A stretch of 22,668 nucleotides of DNA, from NCBI GenBank assembly GCA_963712115.1, contig CAVQGX010000068.1, positions 1 through 22,668 on the forward strand, in the 5' to 3' direction. A model generated the notes under the pieces. It was not told the origin of the DNA. It saw nothing but the letters and a program-made list of their open reading frames with translations, and searched no databases. Each line of letters starts with the position of its first letter. Position 1 is the first letter of the stretch. This DNA is from an uncultured delta proteobacterium. GTDB lineage: Bacteria > Desulfobacterota > Syntrophobacteria > BM002. The translations under genes and the position numbers were made by a program. Positions 8,286 to 16,389 of this stretch are shown here, piece after piece.

Positions 8286-8753
8286 CTAGAACCTGCTTGA
8301 ATGGTATGCGAAGTCTCGTACCATCTTTTGTTCATCAAATTTGATCAAGACCGTGAGAGTCCTTTGTGTCTTGGATTCAGCACCGGCAGATTTGCCGTAA
8401 CTACCGCCTGCTCCACCTCCCGCAAGAACATCACCTGATAAACCACCAACCAGAAGGCCAACAATTACTCCTCCCGAGCTTCTCGAGTAGGTGACGTCGG
8501 TAGATATCTTGTCGTAGATCCAGACCTCTCGACCTTCAGCATCCGTGGTAACTATGTTCGGTGATCCCAATACTTCCGCGACTTCAGCCCCTGGCATACC
8601 TTTTCGTATCTCCCTTTGCACCGTCCCCACTGTCATCTGACGTTCTTGGGCACCGTGGGTGTCTTGGTAATGTTGCTGCGCGGTCATACATCCGTTTAAC
8701 CAGACACCTATCCAGATTACTGAAAGTATTTGCGCTATTCTTAAATTTTGCAT
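8286..8753 (-). CDS. SmpA/OmlA (BamE)-like lipoprotein
   Basis: LNGC lipobox, then IRKGMPGAEVAEVLGSP...WIY and C-terminal TLTVLIKFDEQKMV, which fits the SmpA/OmlA/BLIP-like pattern. It has a Gly-rich hydrophobic insert. I moved the start from 8852 to the ATG at 8753 (AGAGGA RBS, gives a proper signal peptide). Confidence 0.7.
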   Translation of the reverse strand: MQNLRIAQILSVIWIGVWLNGCMTAQQHYQDTHGAQERQMTVGTVQREIRKGMPGAEVAEVLGSPNIVTTDAEGREVWIYDKISTDVTYSRSSGGVIVGLLVGGLSGDVLAGGGAGGSYGKSAGAESKTQRTLTVLIKFDEQKMVRDFAYHSSRF

Positions 8754-8898
8754 TGCAGATCCTCTGCCATAAGGGTGGAAAGTGAAATTGCAAAAATAAC
8801 CAGATTCTTTTTTCCACATCTTACGCAAAGGTCGTTCCAAATAAACCGCCAACCCGCCACTTATAAAATCACACGGTTTATCAGGGGCTGGATGCTGC

Positions 8899-8912
8899 TT
8901 GGTTTAGATCAA
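8899..8912. promoter_or_regulatory. Possible FNR/Crp-family binding site
   Basis: TTGGT-TTAG-ATCAA matches TTGAT-N4-ATCAA at 9 of 10 positions, upstream of the lipoprotein operon. Confidence 0.3.
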
Positions 8913-9201
8913 TATGCTGAACAATGTTAAATGCTTATACGAGAGTACATAATAGGGAAGGTAGGCCCTATACCGTTTGAATATGCAGACTCAGCTAAAA
9001 GAGAGCGGTTCCAAAGGGTGCAATAAGCGTTTACACTTTCCCAATTCGAACGCAGAAAAATATTACATATCAGCAAGTTAGGGTTGAGCAAGGAATGTTT
9101 ACAAAGAAAGAAAGGTTGCAACCTTGTCTCCCCGTAGGCACACTAGGTCAGGATTTTATTCTGAACAACATGTTGCAGAGGAAGGTGTAAAGACCTGCAG
9201 G

Positions 9202-10506
9202 TTAAGCGGGAATGGCCACCAGACGATTTCCTTCTAGTCTGTCGAGTCTGGCCAAAACGTTTTGATTTTCCAGGGGTGTGTCAGCTTGGACCAACACTGG
9301 CAGGTAATTGTCAGAAAAGCCGCAAGGCAAGCCGGTTGCTGCATCCCGCCGATTCTCCACCAGAACGGGCCGTACTTTTCCAAGAAATCGATTTAGGAAA
9401 GTCAAACGTTTGCTCTTGTCCAAGTCTCTCAGTAACCGGCAGCGCTGGCTGATCAAAGCCGGAGATATCTGTTCCCCCATGGCAGCCGCAGGGGTACCAG
9501 GGCGGGGTGAGAAGGGAAAGATATGTAAGTAGGCTACCGGCAGAGATTCGATCAAGCGATAGGTATTCTGGAACCGTTCATCGGTCTCACCGGGGAAACC
9601 CACCATTACATCGACTCCCACAGCCAGATCGGGAATGCGGTGAATGGCCTCTAGGACGATTTCGCTGCAGAAATGGGGGTGATAGTGGCGATTCATCCGG
9701 CCGAGTATGTTAGCATCACCACTCTGGAGGGGGATGTGCAAGTGGGGGCAGAGTTTGGGCTCGGAAGCTATGAGCTCCAATAAATCAGAAAAGATCTCTC
9801 CCGGTTCCAGAGAACTGAGCCGGAGGCGAGGGGGTGGGAAGTGTCCAAGAATGGACCGGAGGAGCCCAATTAGTTCCTGTTTTGGCTTTAAGTCAGAGCC
9901 CCACTGCCCCAAATGAATGCCGGTGAGGACAATCTCTTGATAACCGTGATTAAGAAACTTTTCCACCTGTTCGATAATGGGCAGCAGGGGTATACTTCGG
10001 CTACGACCGCGGGCATAGGGGACGATGCAATATGAACAGAAACTGTCGCAGCCGTCCTGGACTTTGAGAAAGGCCCGAGTTCTGTTGGAAAAGGCTGAGA
10101 AGACTAAAGGGGTTGGGTCGGGTGCATTGCGAGCATTTTTGAGGTGGATACAAGGAGAAGTATTTTCCTCTCCTCGAGAGATATAGTCCAAGAGTGCCAA
10201 CTTTTCGTTGGTTCCAAGTATATGAGTAACCCCGGGGATAGTGGCGATTTCCTCCGCGGCAACCTGAGAATAACAGCCCATGACCACTATTCTTGCTGCA
10301 CCGTTCAGACGGACGGCCCGTCTGATGAGCTGACGCGATTGCATGGCGGCCTTGCTGGTGACGGCACAAGTGTTGATGCAGTAAAGGTCGGCCTCTTCGC
10401 TAAAGGGGAGGATGTCGAAGTTACTCTGTAAAAGTTTCTCTTCGAGGTAGGCCGATTCGCACTGATTGACCTTGCAGCCTAAAGTTGCCAATGCTGCTTT
10501 ACTCAT
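9202..10506 (-). CDS. mtaB: tRNA t6A37 methylthiotransferase MtaB (radical SAM)
   Basis: UPF0004 N-terminal Cys motifs TLGCKVNQ, INTCAVT and MGCY. Radical SAM motif RTRAFLKVQDGCDSFCSYC. Also EIVLTGIHLG, CPHLHIPLQSG and LHIFPFSPRPGT, which are typical of MtaB rather than MiaB/RimO. Confidence 0.92.
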   Translation of the reverse strand: MSKAALATLGCKVNQCESAYLEEKLLQSNFDILPFSEEADLYCINTCAVTSKAAMQSRQLIRRAVRLNGAARIVVMGCYSQVAAEEIATIPGVTHILGTNEKLALLDYISRGEENTSPCIHLKNARNAPDPTPLVFSAFSNRTRAFLKVQDGCDSFCSYCIVPYARGRSRSIPLLPIIEQVEKFLNHGYQEIVLTGIHLGQWGSDLKPKQELIGLLRSILGHFPPPRLRLSSLEPGEIFSDLLELIASEPKLCPHLHIPLQSGDANILGRMNRHYHPHFCSEIVLEAIHRIPDLAVGVDVMVGFPGETDERFQNTYRLIESLPVAYLHIFPFSPRPGTPAAAMGEQISPALISQRCRLLRDLDKSKRLTFLNRFLGKVRPVLVENRRDAATGLPCGFSDNYLPVLVQADTPLENQNVLARLDRLEGNRLVAIPA

Positions 10507-11585
10507 GCAATCACCCGCTCAATGATGCCACCCCCCAAAACCTCCTCATCCCGATAAAAGACAGCGGACTGTCCGGGAGTTATGGCCTCTTGGGGTTCTA
10601 GAAAACTGACTATAGACTCCTCTTCTCCTGTCTCTACTATGGCCGGCGCTTGTTGATGACGAGAGCGCACCTGCACCAATGCCTCAAAGCTCGATGAGGG
10701 TGGAGACATGGCAATCCAGTTGACATTTCTCAGCAGTAGTTCTTTGCGGCGAAGATCACTCTTGCAACCAACCCTTACAATGTTTGAGTCAGGCTCCAAG
10801 CCAACTACATAATAAGGGGCGGAAGCGGGAATGCCAATTCCACGTCGTTGGCCGATGGTATAACGGTGTATTCCTTCATGTTTCCCTAGTTGACGGTCCT
10901 TAAGATCTAGGACGGGTCCAGGTCCGGGCAGATCTGGCCCTAGGTGCTGTTCAAGGAAGTCCCTGTAGTCTCTAGCTGAAATGAAGCAGATTTCCTGGCT
11001 TTCCGGTCGGTAATATCCACCCATGCCAGCTCCTGCGGCGAGTTGTTTTACTTCGCTTTTAAGATAATCCCCGAGGGGAAAAAAGGTCCGGGCCAATTGG
11101 ACTTGATTGAGACCGTAGAGAAAGTAAGATTGGTCTTTAGCCCGGTCTCGCCCGCGGAAAAGTCGCAAACTCCCATTAGAGCTATCAGAAAGAATTCTCG
11201 CATAATGGCCGGTGGCAAGATTGTTGGCGCCCAGTTCCGCAGCTTTTTCTTGTAGCAGTGAAAACTTGATTCTTGGATTGCAGACCACGCAGGGGTTAGG
11301 GGTTTTACCTTTCCTGTATGCATCAACAAATGGTTCGATCACTTGCTTTTGGAAGGCACGCCGGAGATCCACCAGGTGGAGAGCAACACCAAGTCGGGCC
11401 GTGAGCTCCCTGATCTGCTTGCCGGGCTCCGGCGGATCTTCGGGGCGCAGTATCATGTGCAAGGCCAACACGGGGTGACCGTGCTGTTTGAGCAGCAAGG
11501 CGGTAACCAAGCTGTCCACGCCACCGCTGACTGCCACGGCCACGGTTTCTTTTGTTCTGGGTTTGTGAGGTCGCAAACTCCTCAT
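10503..11585 (-). CDS. mnmA: tRNA 2-thiouridine(34) synthase MnmA
   Basis: PP-loop SGGVDS plus TPNPCVVCN, ATGHYAR, KDQSYFL, ESQEICF, YTIGQRRG and TPGQSAVFY. Start set at the ATG at 11585 (ATGA overlap with the upstream gene) rather than 11645. Confidence 0.96.
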   Translation of the reverse strand: MRSLRPHKPRTKETVAVAVSGGVDSLVTALLLKQHGHPVLALHMILRPEDPPEPGKQIRELTARLGVALHLVDLRRAFQKQVIEPFVDAYRKGKTPNPCVVCNPRIKFSLLQEKAAELGANNLATGHYARILSDSSNGSLRLFRGRDRAKDQSYFLYGLNQVQLARTFFPLGDYLKSEVKQLAAGAGMGGYYRPESQEICFISARDYRDFLEQHLGPDLPGPGPVLDLKDRQLGKHEGIHRYTIGQRRGIGIPASAPYYVVGLEPDSNIVRVGCKSDLRRKELLLRNVNWIAMSPPSSSFEALVQVRSRHQQAPAIVETGEEESIVSFLEPQEAITPGQSAVFYRDEEVLGGGIIERVIA

Positions 11586-12010
11586 AAAGCCTCGGCCCGA
11601 TCGATGCTCACGATCATGGCCCTTACGGGACAGGTGTTTACGCATAGTTCACAACCGCTGCATTTCTCTGGGTCGAAGAGCACATACATGCTAGGCCGTT
11701 CGATGTGGAGTGCTCCTGTGGGACAAACAGCAGTGCAGGCGCCACACTCGAAACACTTGTCCATGTCTCGCTGAATGTCCTGCGCCACAGTGTCCACGAT
11801 TACTCCCCTCCGCTCAAGGTAGCGGATACCACGGTTGTAATCTTTGCGGCTCTGTCCTTGAAGTTCCATAACCACCATACCTTCGCGTCGAGGGTAGACG
11901 GTGGCCTTAAGGATATTGAAGGTCAAGTCGTAGTCGCGCACCAAATTGGCGATGATGGGTTCATTTACTATGTCTTTGGGAAACCTCAGCACAAGCATTT
12001 TGGAATACAT
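11582..12010 (-). CDS. NIL domain + 2[4Fe-4S] ferredoxin protein
   Basis: N-terminal NIL-like domain (LRFP..V.EPII..L...YDLTFNILKA...EG.VVMEL.G) and two CxxCxxCxxxCP motifs (CFECGACTAVCP, CSGCELCVNTCP). AAAGGA RBS. Confidence 0.9.
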   Translation of the reverse strand: MYSKMLVLRFPKDIVNEPIIANLVRDYDLTFNILKATVYPRREGMVVMELQGQSRKDYNRGIRYLERRGVIVDTVAQDIQRDMDKCFECGACTAVCPTGALHIERPSMYVLFDPEKCSGCELCVNTCPVRAMIVSIDRAEAL

Positions 12011-12103
12011 GATAATCCTTTCTAAACCTTGTCCATCCAGAAATATGGCTTCCGGAAGACCACTTTCAAAATAACAAAGTTCAGTCCTTGATCAGCATTT
12101 TTG

Positions 12104-12132
12104 GGTATAAAAGATATAATCCGCCTTGTCAA
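12104..12132 (-). promoter_or_regulatory. Putative sigma70 promoter of the ferredoxin-mnmA-mtaB operon
   Basis: Minus strand reads TTGACA-N17-TATACC, with an A-tract just upstream of the -35. Confidence 0.55.
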
Positions 12133-12524
12133 TTTTTTCTAGAGAACCCGTCCATTGTTAGTTGTTAGTGGTGCCCGAGTTGTCCCTCCCCAAGAGAAGT
12201 GTGGCTCTGATGCTTATAGTATGATCAATAGGGAAAGATGCTCAGGAGTTTTTCGAGAAATGTTTTTATGACATAGGCCACGGGAAAGCTACTCCACAAC
12301 GATCATATTCACGCCATTTATTGGCAGAGTTCCTGTTTAGGAAGCACCACATCTTCATGCAGGCCGTTTCGAGGCTGAGGTTCGTAAAGACAGGTTGCTC
12401 AGATGCTCGTTGTTTCGCAGCTTTCCCTTTTGGCCTTTGCTGATGTCTCTTCTAAGTGACTGCGGAAACACAGGTTAGAAGAATCACCCACTCATTTTGG
12501 GAAAACTCTTGAAAGATGCTTTGG

Positions 12525-12553
12525 TTGTACCGCTTGTCCATATCTAGTATGAT
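12525..12553 (+). promoter_or_regulatory. Putative sigma70 promoter of the peptidase gene
   Basis: TTGTAC-N17-TATGAT. Confidence 0.45.
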
Positions 12554-12605
12554 TTAAACTTTGTTAAGGTTGAGGAAATAATACGGGGCAAAATTGGAGT
12601 GACCC

Positions 12606-13721
12606 ATGACTAATTCGACACCATTTCAACGACGCTTGCACAAGGTGAAGCAATTGCTAACCGATAAGCCCTTTGATACCTTCCTGGTCTCGGAACCATG
12701 GAATCGGGCTTATCTAAGCGGTTTTTGGGCAGAGGACATGCAACTTACCGAGTCCTCGGGCTTTATTTTTGTCAGCGAAAAGGCTCAAGTGCTGGCCACG
12801 GATTTTCGCTATCAGGAGCAAGCCGAAAAAGAAGCCCCGGACTTTCACGTAGTGATCTACAGAGAGAATCTTGCCAGTATTCTGCCGGAGATCTTTGCCA
12901 GTCTGTCCACTAGAAATCTCGGGTTTGAAGACCACCATCTGACTTATGATCGGTTTGTAAAGATCAAGGAATCGATGCATGAATGGAGACCAAAAGGGGA
13001 ATTGCTCCCTGCGGGCGAGCTGGTGGAGGAATTGCGCAGCATAAAAGAGGTGGAAGAAATTGAGGCAATCAGAGAGTCCCTGGCACTGACCGAGTCCGTG
13101 CTTGAGACCACTGTGGCCGAAGCAGCAGTGGGAAAAACAGAGAAAGAACTGGCCTGGCGTATAGAACTACTCATGCGAGAGGCGGGTGCGGAAGCGGTCT
13201 CTTTCCCCCCCATTGTTGCCTCCGGGCCCTTGGCGGCCAGGCCACACGCTGTGGTCAGCGATCGGCAGCTCCAGAAGTCAGAGACTATAATCATTGACTT
13301 GGGAGCCAGGTTGGAGCACTACTGCTCGGATATGACTAGGACACTTGTACTCGGAGAACCAGACGATAAGACACGTAGGATCTATTCCACTGTCCGGGAA
13401 GCTCAATTGCGCGCTATTGCGGCAGTGCGGTCCGGAATCTCGTCTTTTGAGGTAGATCGGGTGGCCCGCGATTATATCACCTCGGCAGGATATGGTGATC
13501 ACTTTGGCCACGGCCTAGGCCATGGGGTTGGTCTCGCAGTGCACGAGAAGCCGGGTTTCGGCAAAAGCAGCTCAATGATACTCGAGGAGAACATGGTGGT
13601 TACCATTGAGCCGGGCATCTATCTTCCTGGCTGGGGTGGGGTACGGTTGGAAAACATGGTGCGAGTGACCGCGGATGGCTGTGAGGTGCTTAATAAAAAC
13701 GAATTTTTCTATTCATTTTGA
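12606..13721 (+). CDS. Xaa-Pro aminopeptidase/dipeptidase (M24B family)
   Basis: Creatinase-like N-domain (YLSGF, TDFRY) and metal-ligand motifs IDLGA, YCSDMTRT, FGHGLGHGVGLAVHE, TIEPGIY and GGVRLEN. Confidence 0.93.
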   Translation: MTNSTPFQRRLHKVKQLLTDKPFDTFLVSEPWNRAYLSGFWAEDMQLTESSGFIFVSEKAQVLATDFRYQEQAEKEAPDFHVVIYRENLASILPEIFASLSTRNLGFEDHHLTYDRFVKIKESMHEWRPKGELLPAGELVEELRSIKEVEEIEAIRESLALTESVLETTVAEAAVGKTEKELAWRIELLMREAGAEAVSFPPIVASGPLAARPHAVVSDRQLQKSETIIIDLGARLEHYCSDMTRTLVLGEPDDKTRRIYSTVREAQLRAIAAVRSGISSFEVDRVARDYITSAGYGDHFGHGLGHGVGLAVHEKPGFGKSSSMILEENMVVTIEPGIYLPGWGGVRLENMVRVTADGCEVLNKNEFFYSF

Positions 13722-13723
13722 AA

Positions 13724-13815
13724 AGGGCACAGGGCTTAAGGCAAAAGGCGCAAGGCAAAGATAAAGCGATTCAATAGTGAGTTACCTTGCGCCCTGAGCC
13801 CTTGTGCCTTGAGCC
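13724..13815. repeat. Inverted degenerate heptamer tracts
   Basis: AGGGCAC-AGGGCTT-AAGGCAA-AAGGCGC-AAGGCAA, followed by the complementary CCTTGCG-CCCTGAG-CCCTTGT-GCCTTGA-GCC. Confidence 0.8.
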
Positions 13816-13865
13816 GCTATGCCAATAGCAAATGAGCGATGACTAAAGAACTGGAGGATAGGGTA

Positions 13866-15287
13866 ATGCAGCAGGAATATAGAGTTGAAACCGACTCGAT
13901 GGGTGAAGTGCAGGTTCCGGCGTCAGCCTATTACGGCGCCCAGACCCAACGGGCGGTGCAAAACTTCCCCATCAGTGGTTTGAGGTTCCCCCGGGAATTT
14001 ATTAGGTCGCTGGGTTTGGTTAAAGGAACAGCGGCTAAAGTTAATCTGGAGTTGGGCTTTATCTCCCGAGAGGTGGCCGAGGCAATCAGCCAGGCAGCAG
14101 GGGAGGTGGCAGAGGGGAAGCTCGATGATCAGTTCCCTGTTGATATCTTTCAGACCGGATCAGGGACCTCTACCAATATGAATGCAAACGAGGTCATTGC
14201 CAACCGTGCCATTGAACTCCTCGGAGGCGAAATAGGTAGCAAGTCGCCGGTGCACCCCAATGACCACGTAAATCGGGGGCAGTCCAGCAATGATGTCATC
14301 CCCACGGCTATTCATGTTTCTGTAGCGGAAAGTATCAATGGTGGGCTAATGGAAGCTCTCAAAAGGTGCGAGCATGAACTGGAAGCAAAAAGCAAGCAGT
14401 TCGACCTTATCGTCAAAATAGGACGCACCCATCTTCAGGATGCCACGCCCGTGCGTCTAGGACAGGAGTTCAGCGGTTACGCCCGGCAAATGGCTCTGGC
14501 TCGCGAGCGAATTGAACTGGCATTGGCAGGTCTTATGGAGCTGGCTCTTGGGGGGACAGCTACGGGGACCGGGCTGAATGCGCCAACCGGCTTTGCCTCC
14601 AAAGTAATTGGACTATTGGCAGAGGAAACGGGCCTTCCCTTTGTTGAGGCCAAAGATCATTTTGCCGCCCAGGGAGGTCAAGACGGACTGGTTGCAGCAA
14701 GTGCTGCCCTGAGAGGTCTTGCTGTTACCCTTACTAAGATTGGCAACGACATACGCTGGATGGCTTCTGGCCCAAGATGCGGGTTGGGGGAACTTGAACT
14801 GCCTCCGGTACAGCCGGGCTCCTCTATTATGCCGGGCAAGGTCAATCCAGTAATTATTGAATCTCTTCTCCAAGTGGCGGTGCAAGTCATGGCCAATGAT
14901 TGGGCTGTGGCTATGGGTGGGCAGGCTGGGAACCTGGAACTCAACGTCATGCTGCCGGTGATGGCATACAACCTGTTGCAATCAGTGGGGTTGCTCAAGA
15001 CCTCTATTGAGAACTTTACGGAGAAATGTCTGAAAGGGCTTGAGGTAAATGAACAGCGTTGCCAGGAATTGGTGGAACAAAGTTTGGCACTCTGTACACC
15101 ACTGGCGGTTGAGATTGGCTATGACAAGGCAGCAGAGCTTGCCCACATGGCTTATGAAAGTGGAAAGACAGTGCGAGAAGTGGCACTGGAGTTGGATATC
15201 CTGCCTAAAGAAAAGCTCGCCAAGATACTAGATGCTAGAGAGATGACGCGACCGGGCATTCCCGGCCGCGGTGATAAAGTGGAGTAG
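13866..15287 (+). CDS. fumC: Class II fumarate hydratase
   Basis: Motifs YYGAQTQRA, QTGSGTSTNMNANEVIANRA, HPNDHVN, GRTHLQDATP (His as in fumarase, not the Gln typical of aspartase) and GSSIMPGKVNP. Start set at the ATG at 13866 with a GGAGG RBS; the ORF track starts at 13839. Confidence 0.95.
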   Translation: MQQEYRVETDSMGEVQVPASAYYGAQTQRAVQNFPISGLRFPREFIRSLGLVKGTAAKVNLELGFISREVAEAISQAAGEVAEGKLDDQFPVDIFQTGSGTSTNMNANEVIANRAIELLGGEIGSKSPVHPNDHVNRGQSSNDVIPTAIHVSVAESINGGLMEALKRCEHELEAKSKQFDLIVKIGRTHLQDATPVRLGQEFSGYARQMALARERIELALAGLMELALGGTATGTGLNAPTGFASKVIGLLAEETGLPFVEAKDHFAAQGGQDGLVAASAALRGLAVTLTKIGNDIRWMASGPRCGLGELELPPVQPGSSIMPGKVNPVIIESLLQVAVQVMANDWAVAMGGQAGNLELNVMLPVMAYNLLQSVGLLKTSIENFTEKCLKGLEVNEQRCQELVEQSLALCTPLAVEIGYDKAAELAHMAYESGKTVREVALELDILPKEKLAKILDAREMTRPGIPGRGDKVE

Positions 15288-15292
15288 GTACT

Positions 15293-15545
15293 AGGCATGG
15301 AGCATAGACATAGGGTAAGGAGCCAGAAGCCAGCTTGTAGCTGACAGCAGACAGCAGACAGCTCGCGGCGTGCAGCAATAATTCTGTAGAGAGGATATCT
15401 GTTTCCTGCCAGCTGCCAGTTGCAATCTGCTTGCTGTGGTCTGACTTCTGACCTCGGATCTCCGTCTCGCTCTTTCTCCCCGCCTGCCCGCCATCGGCTT
15501 CGCCCTCAAGCGAGGCGGGCGGGTCCCCGAATCGTATCGCTATGC
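15293..15545. repeat. Mosaic of degenerate short-period tracts downstream of fumC
   Basis: GCATGGA/GCATAGA units, ACAGCAG repeats with complementary CTGCCAG units, TCTGACT units and CTCCGTCTC-type units. Confidence 0.7.
15483..15523 (-). repeat. REP/MITE-like palindromic element, copy 2
   Basis: Reverse complement reads CCCGCCCGCCTCGCTTGAGGGCGAAGCCGATGGCGGGCAGG. The ends match copy 1 and the centre differs. Confidence 0.85.
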
Positions 15546-15575
15546 CTGGTGCCCAGTCTGAGGTAAGCAGTGGTT

Positions 15576-15603
15576 TTGCACATTTCGCTACATCTGGTAT
15601 AGT
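15576..15603 (+). promoter_or_regulatory. Putative sigma70 promoter
   Basis: TTGCAC-N16-TATAGT with a TGn extended -10. Confidence 0.55.
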
Positions 15604-15633
15604 GCCTATATTACAAGAAGACCTGAGAGCCTA

Positions 15634-16239
15634 ATGGCCAAGATCATTGATTTTGAAGACAGCCGTAAGGGTGACGACAATCTCATCTGTCGTAAACCCC
15701 TGGAGTTTAGGCGTGGAGATTGGCGCCAAGGTCACATACTGCAATGTCTAAAAAGCGAGGCGGAGAAATACCAAAACCACCGGCGCCAGGCAATCAGCAC
15801 CGGCCATCGCCACATTAAGTTTGTACCTGAACACTTCAGTTTGGTGGGTGGCTGTGACTACACCGCCATGGGACTTTTTCGTTGGCGAGAGAATGAGGAG
15901 CTGGCAAGGGAGTTCTACCGGCTGGCGGGTCTTATGGAGTGTGTGGTTAACAGCACTTCTCCTTTATTGCGTACCGATCTCCTGCGGAGTCTCTATAAGA
16001 CTATACTGCAATTGAGGAAGAGCCTCAATTTCTCCTGGAAAGGTGACTCAAGTCAGTTTCTCTTGCCCTTGCATCAGAACTTTTACCATCGTAGCGATTT
16101 TTTTGATCAGATACTCCATGCAAGTACTCTCAAGGCCTTGTATAAAACAGTAGACCGTGAAACTGGGGTGCAGTTTGACTTGCTAGCGGCTGAATATGTC
16201 TTTTATCTCCCCAAGAGGATGGTCGACGAACCCGCCTAG
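15634..16239 (+). CDS. Hypothetical protein (201 aa, soluble)
   Basis: Fills the gap between a promoter and the next gene, with protein-like composition and a MAKIIDF N-terminus. No family motif recognised. Confidence 0.75.
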   Translation: MAKIIDFEDSRKGDDNLICRKPLEFRRGDWRQGHILQCLKSEAEKYQNHRRQAISTGHRHIKFVPEHFSLVGGCDYTAMGLFRWRENEELAREFYRLAGLMECVVNSTSPLLRTDLLRSLYKTILQLRKSLNFSWKGDSSQFLLPLHQNFYHRSDFFDQILHASTLKALYKTVDRETGVQFDLLAAEYVFYLPKRMVDEPA

Positions 16240-16270
16240 CCCATTACACAAGAAAGACAAGAGAAATGGA

Positions 16271-16298
16271 TTGACAAAAAGCCACTTTTAGATAGAAT
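16271..16298 (+). promoter_or_regulatory. Near-consensus sigma70 promoter
   Basis: TTGACA-N16-TAGAAT. Confidence 0.7.
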
Positions 16299-16389
16299 TA
16301 ACAGCAAGTTATCCAGGATGTTTCCTCTGAGAAACTATGATACTCACTTTGTGCATTTAGCGCCACAAGGAATTTTGAGGAGCTAGAGC

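Noticed and set aside
13866-15287. Aspartate ammonia-lyase (aspA) call
   Set aside because: GRTHLQDATP and QTGSGTS match class II fumarase, not the GRTQLQDAVP/QGGAGTS pattern typical of aspartase.
15291-15509. 72-aa minus-strand ORF
   Set aside because: It is composed of translated repeat tracts and the REP-like element.
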